This document shows positions 17,768 to 27,711 of a stretch of DNA of 29,457 bases, one piece after another; position 1 is the first letter of the stretch, and every line of letters begins with the position of its first letter. Made by a program: the position numbers and the translations under genes. The DNA comes from Candidatus Hodarchaeota archaeon (GTDB lineage Archaea > Asgardarchaeota > Lokiarchaeia > Sigyniarchaeales > SOKP01). The notes beneath the pieces are model-generated. The model was not told the DNA's origin and did no database searches. It was given only the letters and a program-made list of their open reading frames with translations. Location of the stretch: positions 1-29,457 of the forward strand of contig JBHLKM010000029.1 in assembly GCA_048886685.1 (NCBI GenBank), given 5' to 3'.

Positions 17768-17942
17768 TTTTAAAAAATCTGGGTTAAGTTTTTAATTATC
17801 TCTTTTTCGACTCACACTTAATAAAAATAAGTTGTATTAATATTATAATAAATAAAAAGATATAATTGCATTCTATAAGATAATTAAAAATATATAAATA
17901 TTATTTCAATATTGACTCAAGACAAATTTATTAATTAAAATA

Positions 17943-18479
17943 ATGGGTATTAAATCTGCATTTTATAAGATCTGTATAGTGGGTGATTATGGAGTAGGAA
18001 AAAGCACTCTCTTACATCAATATTTAGAGAGGCGTTTTATATCTAATGTACAATCTACTATAGCATCAAACTTTTTTGTAAAACGTTTAAAAATCCCTAA
18101 CGTTAAAAATATGGTAACATTGCAGATATGGGATCTAGCGGGTCAAGATCATTTCAAATGGGTTCGACAAGCTTTTTATAAAGGAGCGAAAGGGATAGTA
18201 ATCATTTTTGATTTATCTCGGAAAGAAACCTTTGACCATCTAACAACCTGGATATCAGAAGTGGAAAACACTATTGGTTTTGTCCCAAGAATTTTAGTAG
18301 GTAATAAATTGGATTTAATCAACCCTCATACCAGAGTTATTCCAGAGCAAAATCATTTATCTTTCAAACAAACCATAAACGCCTGTTCATATGAAGAAAC
18401 CAGCGCTAAATTAGGTACTGGAGTAGATAATATTTTTTATAAGCTAACACTTGAAATGAATAAAAAGTATAATAAATAA
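17943..18479 (+). CDS. Rab-like Ras-superfamily small GTPase
   Basis: G1 GDYGVGKS, G2 STI, G3 LQIWDLAGQ, FYKGAKG, G4 GNKLD, G5 ETSAK; no C-terminal Cys motif. Confidence 0.95.
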   Translation: MGIKSAFYKICIVGDYGVGKSTLLHQYLERRFISNVQSTIASNFFVKRLKIPNVKNMVTLQIWDLAGQDHFKWVRQAFYKGAKGIVIIFDLSRKETFDHLTTWISEVENTIGFVPRILVGNKLDLINPHTRVIPEQNHLSFKQTINACSYEETSAKLGTGVDNIFYKLTLEMNKKYNK

Positions 18480-18508
18480 TATATATTTCCTTTTATATTG
18501 CAGTTAAA

Positions 18509-19399
18509 ATGGAATACTCTAAAGTTTCTGATAATATATATGTGATGCATCCAATTCGGATTGGTAACTCCCAAAAAAGTGTTACTAATACAGTTCCTAC
18601 GACGTGTATTGCACATCTAGAGGGATTAATTTTTGTTGACTGTGGCGCTTACCCAGATTTATCATCTCGATTTCAATTAGACATGGAGACAAAATTTCAG
18701 AGAAAAACAACTCATTTAATATTAACGCATTTGCACTGGGATCATTTTCTGGCTATGGAGACCTTTAAAGATGTCGATATTATTGCATCAGAATTAGGAA
18801 TCCATGAATTTAATAATTTTATAAATACGATAGATAAACTCGAAGAAGAGAAATGGGCAACTACATTATTTATTGATGAAGAAGAAATCATTGATATTGT
18901 CAAAAGTGCAAAACTTTTTTCCCCAAATATTCTAGTTAAAGAAGAATTAAAAATTGACTCACCAGGAAGCGAAATTATCTTTAAAACTATAGGTGGACAT
19001 AGTGTAGATTCCGCTTATATCTATATCCCATCTGAAAGAGTTTTATGTGCAGGAGATAACTTAATTGAATGTTTTGCTCAACTTCCTGGGACACCTGAAA
19101 AAACCTTAGAAATTTATTCCCATTGGGAATCTTTAGAAATTGATAAAGTAATACCTGGTCATGGAAATGTGACCGATAAAGAGTATCTTCTCAAAATTAA
19201 GTTGTATTTTGAAGGGTTAATTTCCACAGTAAAAAATCTCATAGAGATTAAAACTCCTCGAAAAGAAATATTTTCTCACCCTTCTTTGCCTAAATATTTC
19301 GCAAGAAATCAAGAAAATTGGTCCGAAAGCATTAGACCAGACATAAAATGGATAGAGATGACCATAAAAAGCTGGTATAGGCATCTTAAGCGGGGTTGA
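18509..19399 (+). CDS. MBL-fold metallo-hydrolase (glyoxalase II/cyclase-like)
   Basis: FVDCG, LTHLHWDH, GGHSVDS, AGDNL, VIPGHG. Confidence 0.88.
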   Translation: MEYSKVSDNIYVMHPIRIGNSQKSVTNTVPTTCIAHLEGLIFVDCGAYPDLSSRFQLDMETKFQRKTTHLILTHLHWDHFLAMETFKDVDIIASELGIHEFNNFINTIDKLEEEKWATTLFIDEEEIIDIVKSAKLFSPNILVKEELKIDSPGSEIIFKTIGGHSVDSAYIYIPSERVLCAGDNLIECFAQLPGTPEKTLEIYSHWESLEIDKVIPGHGNVTDKEYLLKIKLYFEGLISTVKNLIEIKTPRKEIFSHPSLPKYFARNQENWSESIRPDIKWIEMTIKSWYRHLKRG

Positions 19400-19518
19400 A
19401 TCCAATTGGTATAGGTATAAGATCTCAATTTATGAAAAAAATTAACACATAATTTCTAAAAAATGCACAAAAAAATAAATTTAAATATAAATTTTCCCAT
19501 AATTATATTAAAAAAATA

Positions 19519-19542
19519 AAATTTGCGTTTAAATGCAAATTT
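19519..19542. repeat. 24-bp near-perfect palindrome
   Basis: AAATTTGCgTTT|AAAtGCAAATTT with one mismatch. Confidence 0.6.
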
Positions 19543-19568
19543 GCCTTTCTTCAACCAATATTCATTCC

Positions 19569-19605
19569 TTTAGCTAGAATGAATTCTTTTTCATTCTAGT
19601 CTAAA
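19569..19605. repeat. Inverted repeat / stem-loop
   Basis: TTTAG-CTAGAATGAA-(TTCTTT)-TTCATTCTAG-T-CTAAA: 15-bp stem with one bulge and a 6-nt loop. Confidence 0.65.
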
Positions 19606-19720
19606 TGATTCTTTCCTTGCTCTTGTTTTATAATTTTTCAAGAAAAAGATAAAAATTTAGCTCTCCTAAATTAATAAGATATTATTTTATGATATTCTTG
19701 ATGGTGCGACGGGTGCCTAA

Positions 19721-22033
19721 ATGATTGATAATATTCATGAAAAGTTTAAATCAGATTTATTAGAAATACTTCAGCCTGAAATTCAAAAACACACTTTCGG
19801 TGTTTATAAAATTATAAACTTTAAAAGAAAACACATTCAGAATACAATATGTAAAATCGACCCAATAGGTCTTCCCGAAGAATTATCAAAAGAAATTTAT
19901 AGTTTCTTACTAAAATTTTTTTCTCAGTATTTTAAAAACGGGGAGTTTCATTATGAAGGTAAGCATTATGAATATTCCACATCTGTTTCTAATGAAAATG
20001 AAGTTCTTTTACATTGGTTGAATAAAGACCAGTACTATGTGAAATCTATAGATTCATATATCAAATCGGGAAAAAAAATTTCAAAAGACTATTTTATCCA
20101 TAAAGATTTAAAAGGATTTCTTGAGTCTGAATTAAATGTCTTTATTTCAAAAGAGATATTAAGATTTGAAATTCTTAGAAAACTTGAATATGAAGATTTA
20201 AACAAATATTTGGAAATAGCTAAAGTTGTAGAAGAGATTGCTATTAAACTAATTGATATATTAGCTAAAATTGAAATTTTTCAACTACAAATATGGAACA
20301 AGAGAAATTTTGTATTAAAAACCAATTACGTTATTACACTCGATAAAATAAAACAATATGCAGGAGAGAGTTTTCTAAGAAAAATTCTTTCCAAAATTTT
20401 AAACAATAAAGAACAAATGAAAGAATGGTCTGATTTTTTTGGAATTAATGACGAAAACAAACCTGAATTACCAATAAGCGCCCAAAGTAATATTGACACA
20501 TGGAAACATCTCCCTATTGATACGAAATATTTCGATGATGACTTCAAATGGGAATTAATTACTTTCCTAACATATAATCATAGTTTAGATAATATACTTG
20601 ATGGAACCTTAATAAAAAGCGAAAATTTTCAAGCATTAAATTTGATAATGAAAAAATGGAGAGGAAAAATAAATCTCATTTATCTGGATCCTCCTTTTAA
20701 TACGGGAACTAAAGAATATCTTTACAAAAACGATTACTTAGACTCTTCATGGCTAGTAATGATGTATGACCGTTTAAACCAAGCCAAAACCATATTAAAT
20801 GAAAATGGGAATATATTTGTTAGAATAGATAATAAGGGTAATCATTATATGAGATTTTTACTAGACATGATATTTGGTACGCCAAATTTCAGAAATGAAA
20901 TTATAATCAATAAAACTAAAGCAAAAAGACAAATAAAAAAACCCTTTATTCAACAAACCGAAAGTCTCTTTTTTTATTCAATTTATGATGAATATTACTT
21001 CAATCAAATCCAACACAAAAGAAAGGAACCAAAGTGGTATGAACTTTTAGATTTACCTAGATCAAATGAAAATCCGCGAACAATTCTAGGAAAGAAATAT
21101 TATCCACCTAAAGGTAGAAGATGGGGGCTTTCCCAAAAAAGAATTAATATTTTTGAACAAGAAGGAAAAGTGAGGATAAACAAGCAAAAAAGGTATATTG
21201 ATTGTTTTGAAAATATAATAAATGAAAAACCTGAATTATATTATGATTTAGAACCCATACGAAATGATTGGTTGGATATCCCTGGTTATTCTCAAGTTCA
21301 TAAATTTTCAACAGAAAACTCTGAAGAATTGCTACAAAGAGTAATTGAAAGTGGATCAAAAGAATACGACTTAATTTTAGATTTTTTCTTAGGTTCTGGT
21401 ACAACTTCTGCGACAGCTCATAAATTAAATAGAAAATGGATTGGGATTGAGATTGGTGATCACTTTGAAAATTTCATTTTACCACGGATGAAATCTGTTT
21501 TAAAAGGTGAAAAATCTGGAATTTCAAAAACCATGAATATTAATAAGGATGGATTTTTTAAATATCACTATTTAGAACAATATGAAGATTCTATTGAAAA
21601 TGTCAAATTTGACCACCCTGAAAAAACACTCTACCAATTTAATGATAAAGAAAATCAATTAAGCCTGAATATTAATAATATAGATGACCCTTTTCAATTT
21701 AAATTAAGAATCTCTGATATCCATGGATCAAAATTAGTCGTTGTTGATTTAATCGAAACATTCAATTATCTGATAGGTTTAATGGTCGAAAGGGCCCATA
21801 AATTAAAAAAGGATGATAAAGATTATATTATCATTACAGGGAAAGCCAGTGCTGATCGGGTCGTCATAGTTTGGCGTGAAATTATTGATCTCGATTACGA
21901 GCAGGATAAAAAATTTATTAAAGAGAATTTAAAAGACATCTACTACGATAATTTATACGTAAACGGAATGTGTTTAGTCAAAGGTTATAATCAAATAGAG
22001 GTGGAACTGAAAAACTTAATATGTGAATTTTGA
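19721..22033 (+). CDS. Type III R-M Mod-like amino (N6A/N4C) DNA methyltransferase, beta class, orphan
   Basis: LIYLDPPFNTG (motif IV) precedes LDFFLGSGTT (motif I); YKND..DSSWL.MM.DRL, FRNEII, WIGIE. LHW.NKDQYYVKS, LEQYED and VDLIETFNYLIGL are typical of long Mod subunits. Confidence 0.88.
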   Translation: MIDNIHEKFKSDLLEILQPEIQKHTFGVYKIINFKRKHIQNTICKIDPIGLPEELSKEIYSFLLKFFSQYFKNGEFHYEGKHYEYSTSVSNENEVLLHWLNKDQYYVKSIDSYIKSGKKISKDYFIHKDLKGFLESELNVFISKEILRFEILRKLEYEDLNKYLEIAKVVEEIAIKLIDILAKIEIFQLQIWNKRNFVLKTNYVITLDKIKQYAGESFLRKILSKILNNKEQMKEWSDFFGINDENKPELPISAQSNIDTWKHLPIDTKYFDDDFKWELITFLTYNHSLDNILDGTLIKSENFQALNLIMKKWRGKINLIYLDPPFNTGTKEYLYKNDYLDSSWLVMMYDRLNQAKTILNENGNIFVRIDNKGNHYMRFLLDMIFGTPNFRNEIIINKTKAKRQIKKPFIQQTESLFFYSIYDEYYFNQIQHKRKEPKWYELLDLPRSNENPRTILGKKYYPPKGRRWGLSQKRINIFEQEGKVRINKQKRYIDCFENIINEKPELYYDLEPIRNDWLDIPGYSQVHKFSTENSEELLQRVIESGSKEYDLILDFFLGSGTTSATAHKLNRKWIGIEIGDHFENFILPRMKSVLKGEKSGISKTMNINKDGFFKYHYLEQYEDSIENVKFDHPEKTLYQFNDKENQLSLNINNIDDPFQFKLRISDIHGSKLVVVDLIETFNYLIGLMVERAHKLKKDDKDYIIITGKASADRVVIVWREIIDLDYEQDKKFIKENLKDIYYDNLYVNGMCLVKGYNQIEVELKNLICEF

Positions 22034-22115
22034 AGATATTGCAAAAAAGAAATCAGAAACTATATGAGCCAAAAAATATTTTTTAATAAAACTAAATATT
22101 GACTGGTTTGGTATT

Positions 22116-23366
22116 TTGGCAATAAATAATTTTTCCTCCCATAATTATCGAACTTGGCCTATATTTTCACTTTCTTTTATAAGATTATTTTATATTTCAA
22201 TTTTTGAAAGAGCTCTGTCAAATTACCTGTATTTAATTATAGGTATTCGAGCGAGTGTGTTAGGATTTATAAGTGCTGCGGGTGCTCTTATTTATATAAT
22301 AGCACCACTTGTAGGACAGTTTCTTACTACAAAATATCTAGGGGTCCGTAAGGCTTTAATTTTAAACTCAATTCTCACACCTATTTTAACTGGCCTCCAA
22401 ATAGTATATCCTGGAGCATTGTTCTTAATCATTATTCGGATTTTGGCGGGATTAAATATGGGTTTATTTTGGCCCAATTGCCTTAATATGTTAAGCAAAT
22501 GGCAGCGGGTGAGCAGCATTGAAAAATCTAAGAAGAATTTCGCAGTCTTTAATTTCTCATGGAATTTTGGGTTTATTTTCGGACTTCTTGTAGGATTTTC
22601 TTGGGCTTTATCTATTGGTGATTTTGCAGCTATGGTTATTTCTTGGAGTTTATCAATCTTATTAATTCCTGTAAGCTTCTTCTTAAAAGAGGATGAAAAA
22701 AGAGATATCTTGGAAGAAAAAGTTATATATCAAACTGAAGACCCTCTTACTCACTTAGATATTGAAGAAGATTTAGTTATAAATTCACAGACACCGATGA
22801 TAATCTTCCCAGTATTATTTTCCTGGTTGAGTATAATGTTTTTAGCAACTTCGAAATCAATTTTTATATTTGGTTATCCTGTTCTTTTGAAGGCGTTCTT
22901 TCCTACTGACACACCTACTTGGCCTACTTATCTTGTCCAAGGAGGGATTCAAATGGCCCAACTTATAGGCCTAACATGGATTAATTCAATGAAAACCTAC
23001 AATAGGAAGATAGCTTCTCTGTTAAGTATCGCAATGGTTATCCTTGCTGCTCTACTAATTATTCTATCCGGAAATATTTGGTATATTTCAATCATAATTG
23101 CTACGGTTGGACTTTTTTTAGGATTGATTCACGGTGTTGGGATGAAAATTATGCTCGAATATGGTACAGTAAAAAATACATCAAAATATTCAACGATAAA
23201 TGAAATTCTAATAGGCATAGGATTTGGAGTGACACCAATTATCTCTGGATTTATCGTTGAAATCCAAATTTATGCAATTCACGGATTTGTAATTATATTT
23301 GGGATTTGTGCCTTAATTGGATTAATATACCTTTCTCGATATATTAAAAGATCATTATTTTTATAG
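22116..23366 (+). CDS. MFS transporter
   Basis: About 12 TM in two halves; GQFLTTKYLGVRK, RILAGLNMGLFWP, FNFSWNFGFIFG; TTG start. Confidence 0.85.
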   Translation: MAINNFSSHNYRTWPIFSLSFIRLFYISIFERALSNYLYLIIGIRASVLGFISAAGALIYIIAPLVGQFLTTKYLGVRKALILNSILTPILTGLQIVYPGALFLIIIRILAGLNMGLFWPNCLNMLSKWQRVSSIEKSKKNFAVFNFSWNFGFIFGLLVGFSWALSIGDFAAMVISWSLSILLIPVSFFLKEDEKRDILEEKVIYQTEDPLTHLDIEEDLVINSQTPMIIFPVLFSWLSIMFLATSKSIFIFGYPVLLKAFFPTDTPTWPTYLVQGGIQMAQLIGLTWINSMKTYNRKIASLLSIAMVILAALLIILSGNIWYISIIIATVGLFLGLIHGVGMKIMLEYGTVKNTSKYSTINEILIGIGFGVTPIISGFIVEIQIYAIHGFVIIFGICALIGLIYLSRYIKRSLFL

Positions 23367-23448
23367 GTTTTTAAGTTAAAAGTTTTAATGATAATATTTA
23401 TGTACACTTCAGTTTATTACATTCATTAAAAAAAAAAGAAAAAAAAAT

Positions 23449-23793
23449 TTATTCTATTTCAAGATTAATAGCGTCTTTTAGCATGTCTAAATAGGGTACT
23501 GTGATCTTTAGTAATCCGTTTTTATATTTTGATTTTGCCATTTCAGGTTCAACAGGACAACATAATTGATAAATTCCCCCGTATTTTATGGAGTCAGACT
23601 CACCATACACAACTAGATTGTCTTTATCCATTTTTACTTTAAGTGTATCTTTTTCCACACCAGGTAACATTACTTCAATGATATAACCTGTGCTTTCTTC
23701 ATTATTATACATACAGATTTCAGGTATCAATAAAGCTTTTTTAGTCTCTTCCTTTACTTCTTCAATTTCACCTTTTTCTTCTACTTCTGACAT
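23449..23793 (-). CDS. Small heat shock protein (Hsp20/alpha-crystallin)
   Basis: IEVMLPGVEKDTLKV, PVEPEMAKSKYKNGLLKITVP; ATG at 23793 (ORF-track start at 23811). Confidence 0.9.
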   Translation of the reverse strand: MSEVEEKGEIEEVKEETKKALLIPEICMYNNEESTGYIIEVMLPGVEKDTLKVKMDKDNLVVYGESDSIKYGGIYQLCCPVEPEMAKSKYKNGLLKITVPYLDMLKDAINLEIE

Positions 23794-24037
23794 TTCAGCC
23801 AATATTTTCACCTTATTGATTTCATTACATTATTACTACTTTGAAGGAAAAATCCAAGTATTTTTAGATTGGTATAATAAAATATCAAATACACCTCGGT
23901 ATTTGTTTATAAAATTAAGTGATTTTTGATGATTACTTTTTGAATTTATATTTTTAATCTTAGATATCGGTAGAAAGGCTAAAATAAATATTGGACTAAT
24001 GAATTTTTAATATCTATACTTTTAATAATTATTTAAC

Positions 24038-25150
24038 ATGGTAGAAAAAATGTTTTGTTATAATTGTGGTCAAAAATTAGATGATACCGCAATTTATTGC
24101 GAACAGTGTGGAGTAAAAATAAGAAAAGAAGATTCAACTCAATTTTTTAGTGAATCTGATGCTCTATTCCGTTATCATGAATTAGAATATGAATTAGAGG
24201 ATATAAAAGAAGAACTCGAGACCTTACCTTCAAAACAAGCATATATTAATCGATTATCTCAATCTAGAGATCAAAAGTTAAACCAACTTAAGCAAGTTCG
24301 CAATGTAATGTTAAAAGAAAAAAAGGACTATGATGATCTTCTAAAATTAAGTTTCTCTTCAATTAAAGCACGGTTAAGTGGTGATTTAGATCAAAAAAAA
24401 CTTAAGGAAGAAGCAGAATATTTAGAGGCTCTAGCAAATTTTGAATATATTGAAAAAGAATATCAAAATCTAGAAAATGATGTGAAGAGTGTTCAAAATG
24501 ATATAGATCATATCCAAGGATTAAAATCTCGCATACCTACAATCGAAAGTGAAATGGAAAAATTACTTGAGCAATTAACATCTGGAAAGGCAACTGAGAG
24601 CCTTAAAAAGTTGGAGGGGGAATATAAAAGATTACAGAAAGAGGTGACAAAGGCTCAAGATATTTATAACAAATTTAATGAAGCTGAATCACTCATGATT
24701 GCTGCGGATAATTATTTAATAAGTTCTGTTGATAAACTTAGACATGCAGAAAGCCTTGGTACATGGGATATATTCTTTAGAGGAGGAATTTTTATTGATT
24801 CAATGAAACATGGAAATTTAGATGGAGCACGACATGATATTAATCAAGCTCAAGCTCTTATAAGACGCGCCAGAGATTTGGTTGATGTTATTGATGATAT
24901 CTATATTGATTTTGAAGCACCTAACTTATTTTTCGATATATTCTTTGATAACTTTTTCTTTGATATTTTTGGTAATACGAAAATTACTCGCACTAGAGAA
25001 CGAGTTGAAGGAGCCTTGCACCAACTAAGCAATAGTCGAAATACACTAAATCAACATAAATTACAATGGGAACAAAAGAGAAATAACTTTGTAAGTAGAA
25101 TAAATAATATTAGAAAACAAATTCGCGAAGAAAGATTTTTACTAATATAG
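24038..25150 (+). CDS. Zinc ribbon plus long coiled-coil protein with aromatic C-terminal motifs
   Basis: FCYNCG...YCEQCG; extended heptads; GTWDIFFRGG..IDSMKH; FFDIFFDNFFFD. Confidence 0.85.
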   Translation: MVEKMFCYNCGQKLDDTAIYCEQCGVKIRKEDSTQFFSESDALFRYHELEYELEDIKEELETLPSKQAYINRLSQSRDQKLNQLKQVRNVMLKEKKDYDDLLKLSFSSIKARLSGDLDQKKLKEEAEYLEALANFEYIEKEYQNLENDVKSVQNDIDHIQGLKSRIPTIESEMEKLLEQLTSGKATESLKKLEGEYKRLQKEVTKAQDIYNKFNEAESLMIAADNYLISSVDKLRHAESLGTWDIFFRGGIFIDSMKHGNLDGARHDINQAQALIRRARDLVDVIDDIYIDFEAPNLFFDIFFDNFFFDIFGNTKITRTRERVEGALHQLSNSRNTLNQHKLQWEQKRNNFVSRINNIRKQIREERFLLI

Positions 25151-25173
25151 AATACCTAAGTTTTTTAAGTAAA

Positions 25174-25392
25174 ATGGAAGAATTTGACAAAATAGATAAG
25201 AAAATTAGAAACATATCTCTATTGGTAATATTTGTTGCAGTAGTCTTATTGATCATTTGGATTATAAGTTTATTATACTCCCCAGACGAAGCCTCTCCAT
25301 TATTAATGTCTTTAGGTATAGCTTTACTACTTGGGGGGATCTTATTATTTACAAGGATACAATATATTATTTGGATGAAAAAGCGTTATTGA
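25174..25392 (+). CDS. Small two-TM membrane protein
   Basis: 72 aa with two hydrophobic helices; 23 bp after the previous stop. Confidence 0.7.
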   Translation: MEEFDKIDKKIRNISLLVIFVAVVLLIIWIISLLYSPDEASPLLMSLGIALLLGGILLFTRIQYIIWMKKRY

Positions 25393-25406
25393 GAAAATTT
25401 TGTTAG

Positions 25407-25892
25407 CTAGAATAACCTAGGAATCCACTTTCTTACTTTCTTTTTATATTCTAAATAATCATCCCCAAATATAGCTTCTAAGACTTTTTCTTCATAGTTA
25501 ACCATTTTATTATAGATTAGTACTACTATAACAAATAAAACAACGCAAATCAATGAAATAGAAAGAAATATGAGTGAAACATATATCAAGAGGATACCGA
25601 GATATAAGGGATTTCGAACACGGTTGAGAATTCCGTTAACAATAAGAGTATCGGAAGGTTCATCCCCTTCGAACAGGGCATCATGAGAAAGTTTCACTAG
25701 AACAAATGCTAAAATTAGAAAAATGATAAATATGACTAATCGACCGATAAAAGGGACATATGTATCAAGAATATTTGAATATGAAAAGATTTGAGTATCT
25801 AATATCCAAATTATGACATATATAACTGGTAACGTAGCCTGAATCAGATGAGAATGTCTGACTTCTCTTTTTCTATGATTATTGGATCCCAT
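25407..25892 (-). CDS. ICMT/PEMT (Ste14-like) membrane methyltransferase family protein
   Basis: LIVNGI..RVRNPLYLG, EEKVL...FGDDYLEYKKKVRKWIP. Confidence 0.88.
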   Translation of the reverse strand: MGSNNHRKREVRHSHLIQATLPVIYVIIWILDTQIFSYSNILDTYVPFIGRLVIFIIFLILAFVLVKLSHDALFEGDEPSDTLIVNGILNRVRNPLYLGILLIYVSLIFLSISLICVVLFVIVVLIYNKMVNYEEKVLEAIFGDDYLEYKKKVRKWIPRLF

Positions 25893-25951
25893 TTGTTCTT
25901 CACTAATAATTCATATAATATACTCATGATAAGAAAAAAAATCCATAAGAA

Positions 25952-26941
25952 TTAAAATTTAATATCTTGACCAATATTTTCTTTTAGTGCTCGATCATAA
26001 ACTAATTTGGCCACGGCTACATCCTGAGCACTAATTCCTACAGATTTAAATACAGTTATATCTGAATCTGATGTACGTCCCTTCTCTTTACCAGTAATAA
26101 TATCTCCAATTGATATGATATCATCTTCTTTAATAATCCCTTCATTAATAGGGATGATATAATCACCAGCTTCAGCTAAACAAGCTTCCCTCAGTCCCGC
26201 TGTCAATAATGATGCTTTTTTAATAATCATCGAATCCAGTTCTCTAGCCGATGGAGCATGTGCACCTATCGAAGATATGTGAGTTCCTTCAGTAACTCTA
26301 CCTCCTGAAAAAAGAGGTGTTGAACTTGTTGTTGCAGCAACTATAATATCTGTATTTATTAATAAATCATCTCCTTGTTTTGCGATCTCTACTTCAATTT
26401 CTAATTGATTTTCTATTTCATTCTTAAATTCCCTAGCATTATCTTCGTTCAAATCATAAACAATACACTTTTCGAGTTTCTGGTCCAAACCCCAATATAC
26501 TCCCCCTACTTGTTTTTTTGCTTGAACTCCTGCCCCGTAAATTCCTAATATTTTGCTATCCTTTCTTGCTAAATACTTTACTGATACTCCTGTTGCGGCA
26601 CCTGTTCTCATTGCAGTTATTAAACTCCCATCCATAATTCCGACAATATCTCCTGTATTAATATCTTGTACCATAATTTTCGCCAAGACTGTAGGCATAT
26701 TATACTTTTCTGGATTCTGTTTATATACAGAAACTATTTTTGTTGCAAGTGCATCCATCTCTCCTCCAATAATCCCTGGCATTATTAAAGTTAATCCTGG
26801 AGCTGGATCAGTTATAGCTATACGTTGCGGAACGATTACATTTCCAAGTGTAAGCTGCTTATATGCTTCCTCAACATAATTTAAAGCATCTTGCATAGTA
26901 AGTAGTTTTTTTACATCTTCTAGTGTTAAAATTCTTACCAT
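25952..26941 (-). CDS. Ornithine cyclodeaminase/mu-crystallin family protein (archaeal alanine dehydrogenase-like)
   Basis: PQR, LIMPG, TKIVSVY, ITAMRTGAA, GAGVQA, IGAH...RELD, FKSVG.SAQDVA; ATG at 26941 (TTG at 26947 is the alternative). Confidence 0.92.
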   Translation of the reverse strand: MVRILTLEDVKKLLTMQDALNYVEEAYKQLTLGNVIVPQRIAITDPAPGLTLIMPGIIGGEMDALATKIVSVYKQNPEKYNMPTVLAKIMVQDINTGDIVGIMDGSLITAMRTGAATGVSVKYLARKDSKILGIYGAGVQAKKQVGGVYWGLDQKLEKCIVYDLNEDNAREFKNEIENQLEIEVEIAKQGDDLLINTDIIVAATTSSTPLFSGGRVTEGTHISSIGAHAPSARELDSMIIKKASLLTAGLREACLAEAGDYIIPINEGIIKEDDIISIGDIITGKEKGRTSDSDITVFKSVGISAQDVAVAKLVYDRALKENIGQDIKF

Positions 26942-27072
26942 TCTCAATTACAACCCCATAAAATCTATATTTTTTAATGTACCTAAATTACAAACATTTA
27001 AATATACAAGTGCATATATATTTTTACAGTAAAAAAAGCTTTTACCATAAAAAAAAAATTGTAACGATCATT

Positions 27073-27285
27073 ATGATTGAAAATAGAACAAAAAATAATT
27101 GTAATGAAGTTAGTTCTTTCCGTATAATAACCTGCCCAATTTGCGGATTTACGTTAAGGTTAAGTGACCTTAAAAAAAGAAGAAAAAAAAGGAATTGCCC
27201 TATGTGTGGTGGTTTGTTATTTGGTTTAGATCTCAACAAAATTATTTTCTTCAATAGAGATAAATCCTTTCAAAATGTTAGATAA
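27073..27285 (+). CDS. Small zinc-ribbon protein
   Basis: CPICG...CPMCGG with a basic KKRRKKR spacer; ATG at 27073 preferred over the 26977 extension. Confidence 0.6.
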   Translation: MIENRTKNNCNEVSSFRIITCPICGFTLRLSDLKKRRKKRNCPMCGGLLFGLDLNKIIFFNRDKSFQNVR

Positions 27286-27709
27286 GGTGGAGAAAATGGC
27301 AAAGAAAGAACAAAACAAAAAAAAGCCAATTTTTGAAAAAGTTGGAATCGTATTTAGGAATCCCGTGAGAGCTGATATTATGAGGGAACTATCAGAAAGC
27401 CCTCAAATACCTAAAAAACTGGCAGATAATATTGGAATCCAGAAACAAAATATTAATTATCACTTAAATGCTCTGAAAAGAGGTGGACTAATAAGAACTC
27501 ATACAGAGGAATTAGATGAAAAAGAAATCCCAAAAGGGAAAGGAACCCGAATTAATGGGGTAGGAGGAGGTGGAAAAATCAAGGTCAGCTATGGGGTAGA
27601 ACTAACAAAAAATGGTAAAAATATTGTAAACCAATTTATAGATCCACTCTATGAAGAAGAGAGTGAAATGAAAGAAAAAATAAAAAATGATAAAAAGGAG
27701 GATAAGTAA
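27275..27709 (+). CDS. ArsR-family winged-HTH transcriptional regulator
   Basis: FRNPVRADIMREL...PKKLADNIGIQKQNINYHLNALKRGGLI...ELTKNG; start at 27275 or 27296. Confidence 0.85.
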   Translation: MLDKVEKMAKKEQNKKKPIFEKVGIVFRNPVRADIMRELSESPQIPKKLADNIGIQKQNINYHLNALKRGGLIRTHTEELDEKEIPKGKGTRINGVGGGGKIKVSYGVELTKNGKNIVNQFIDPLYEEESEMKEKIKNDKKEDK

Positions 27710-27711
27710 TT

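Noticed and set aside
25407-25892. ICMT as part of a prenylation pathway for the Rab-like GTPase
   Set aside because: The GTPase has no C-terminal Cys, this family is widespread in prokaryotes, and the genes are 7 kb apart.
26977-27072. N-terminal extension of the Zn-ribbon ORF
   Set aside because: Low-complexity A/T-rich divergent promoter region; ATG 27073 is more plausible.
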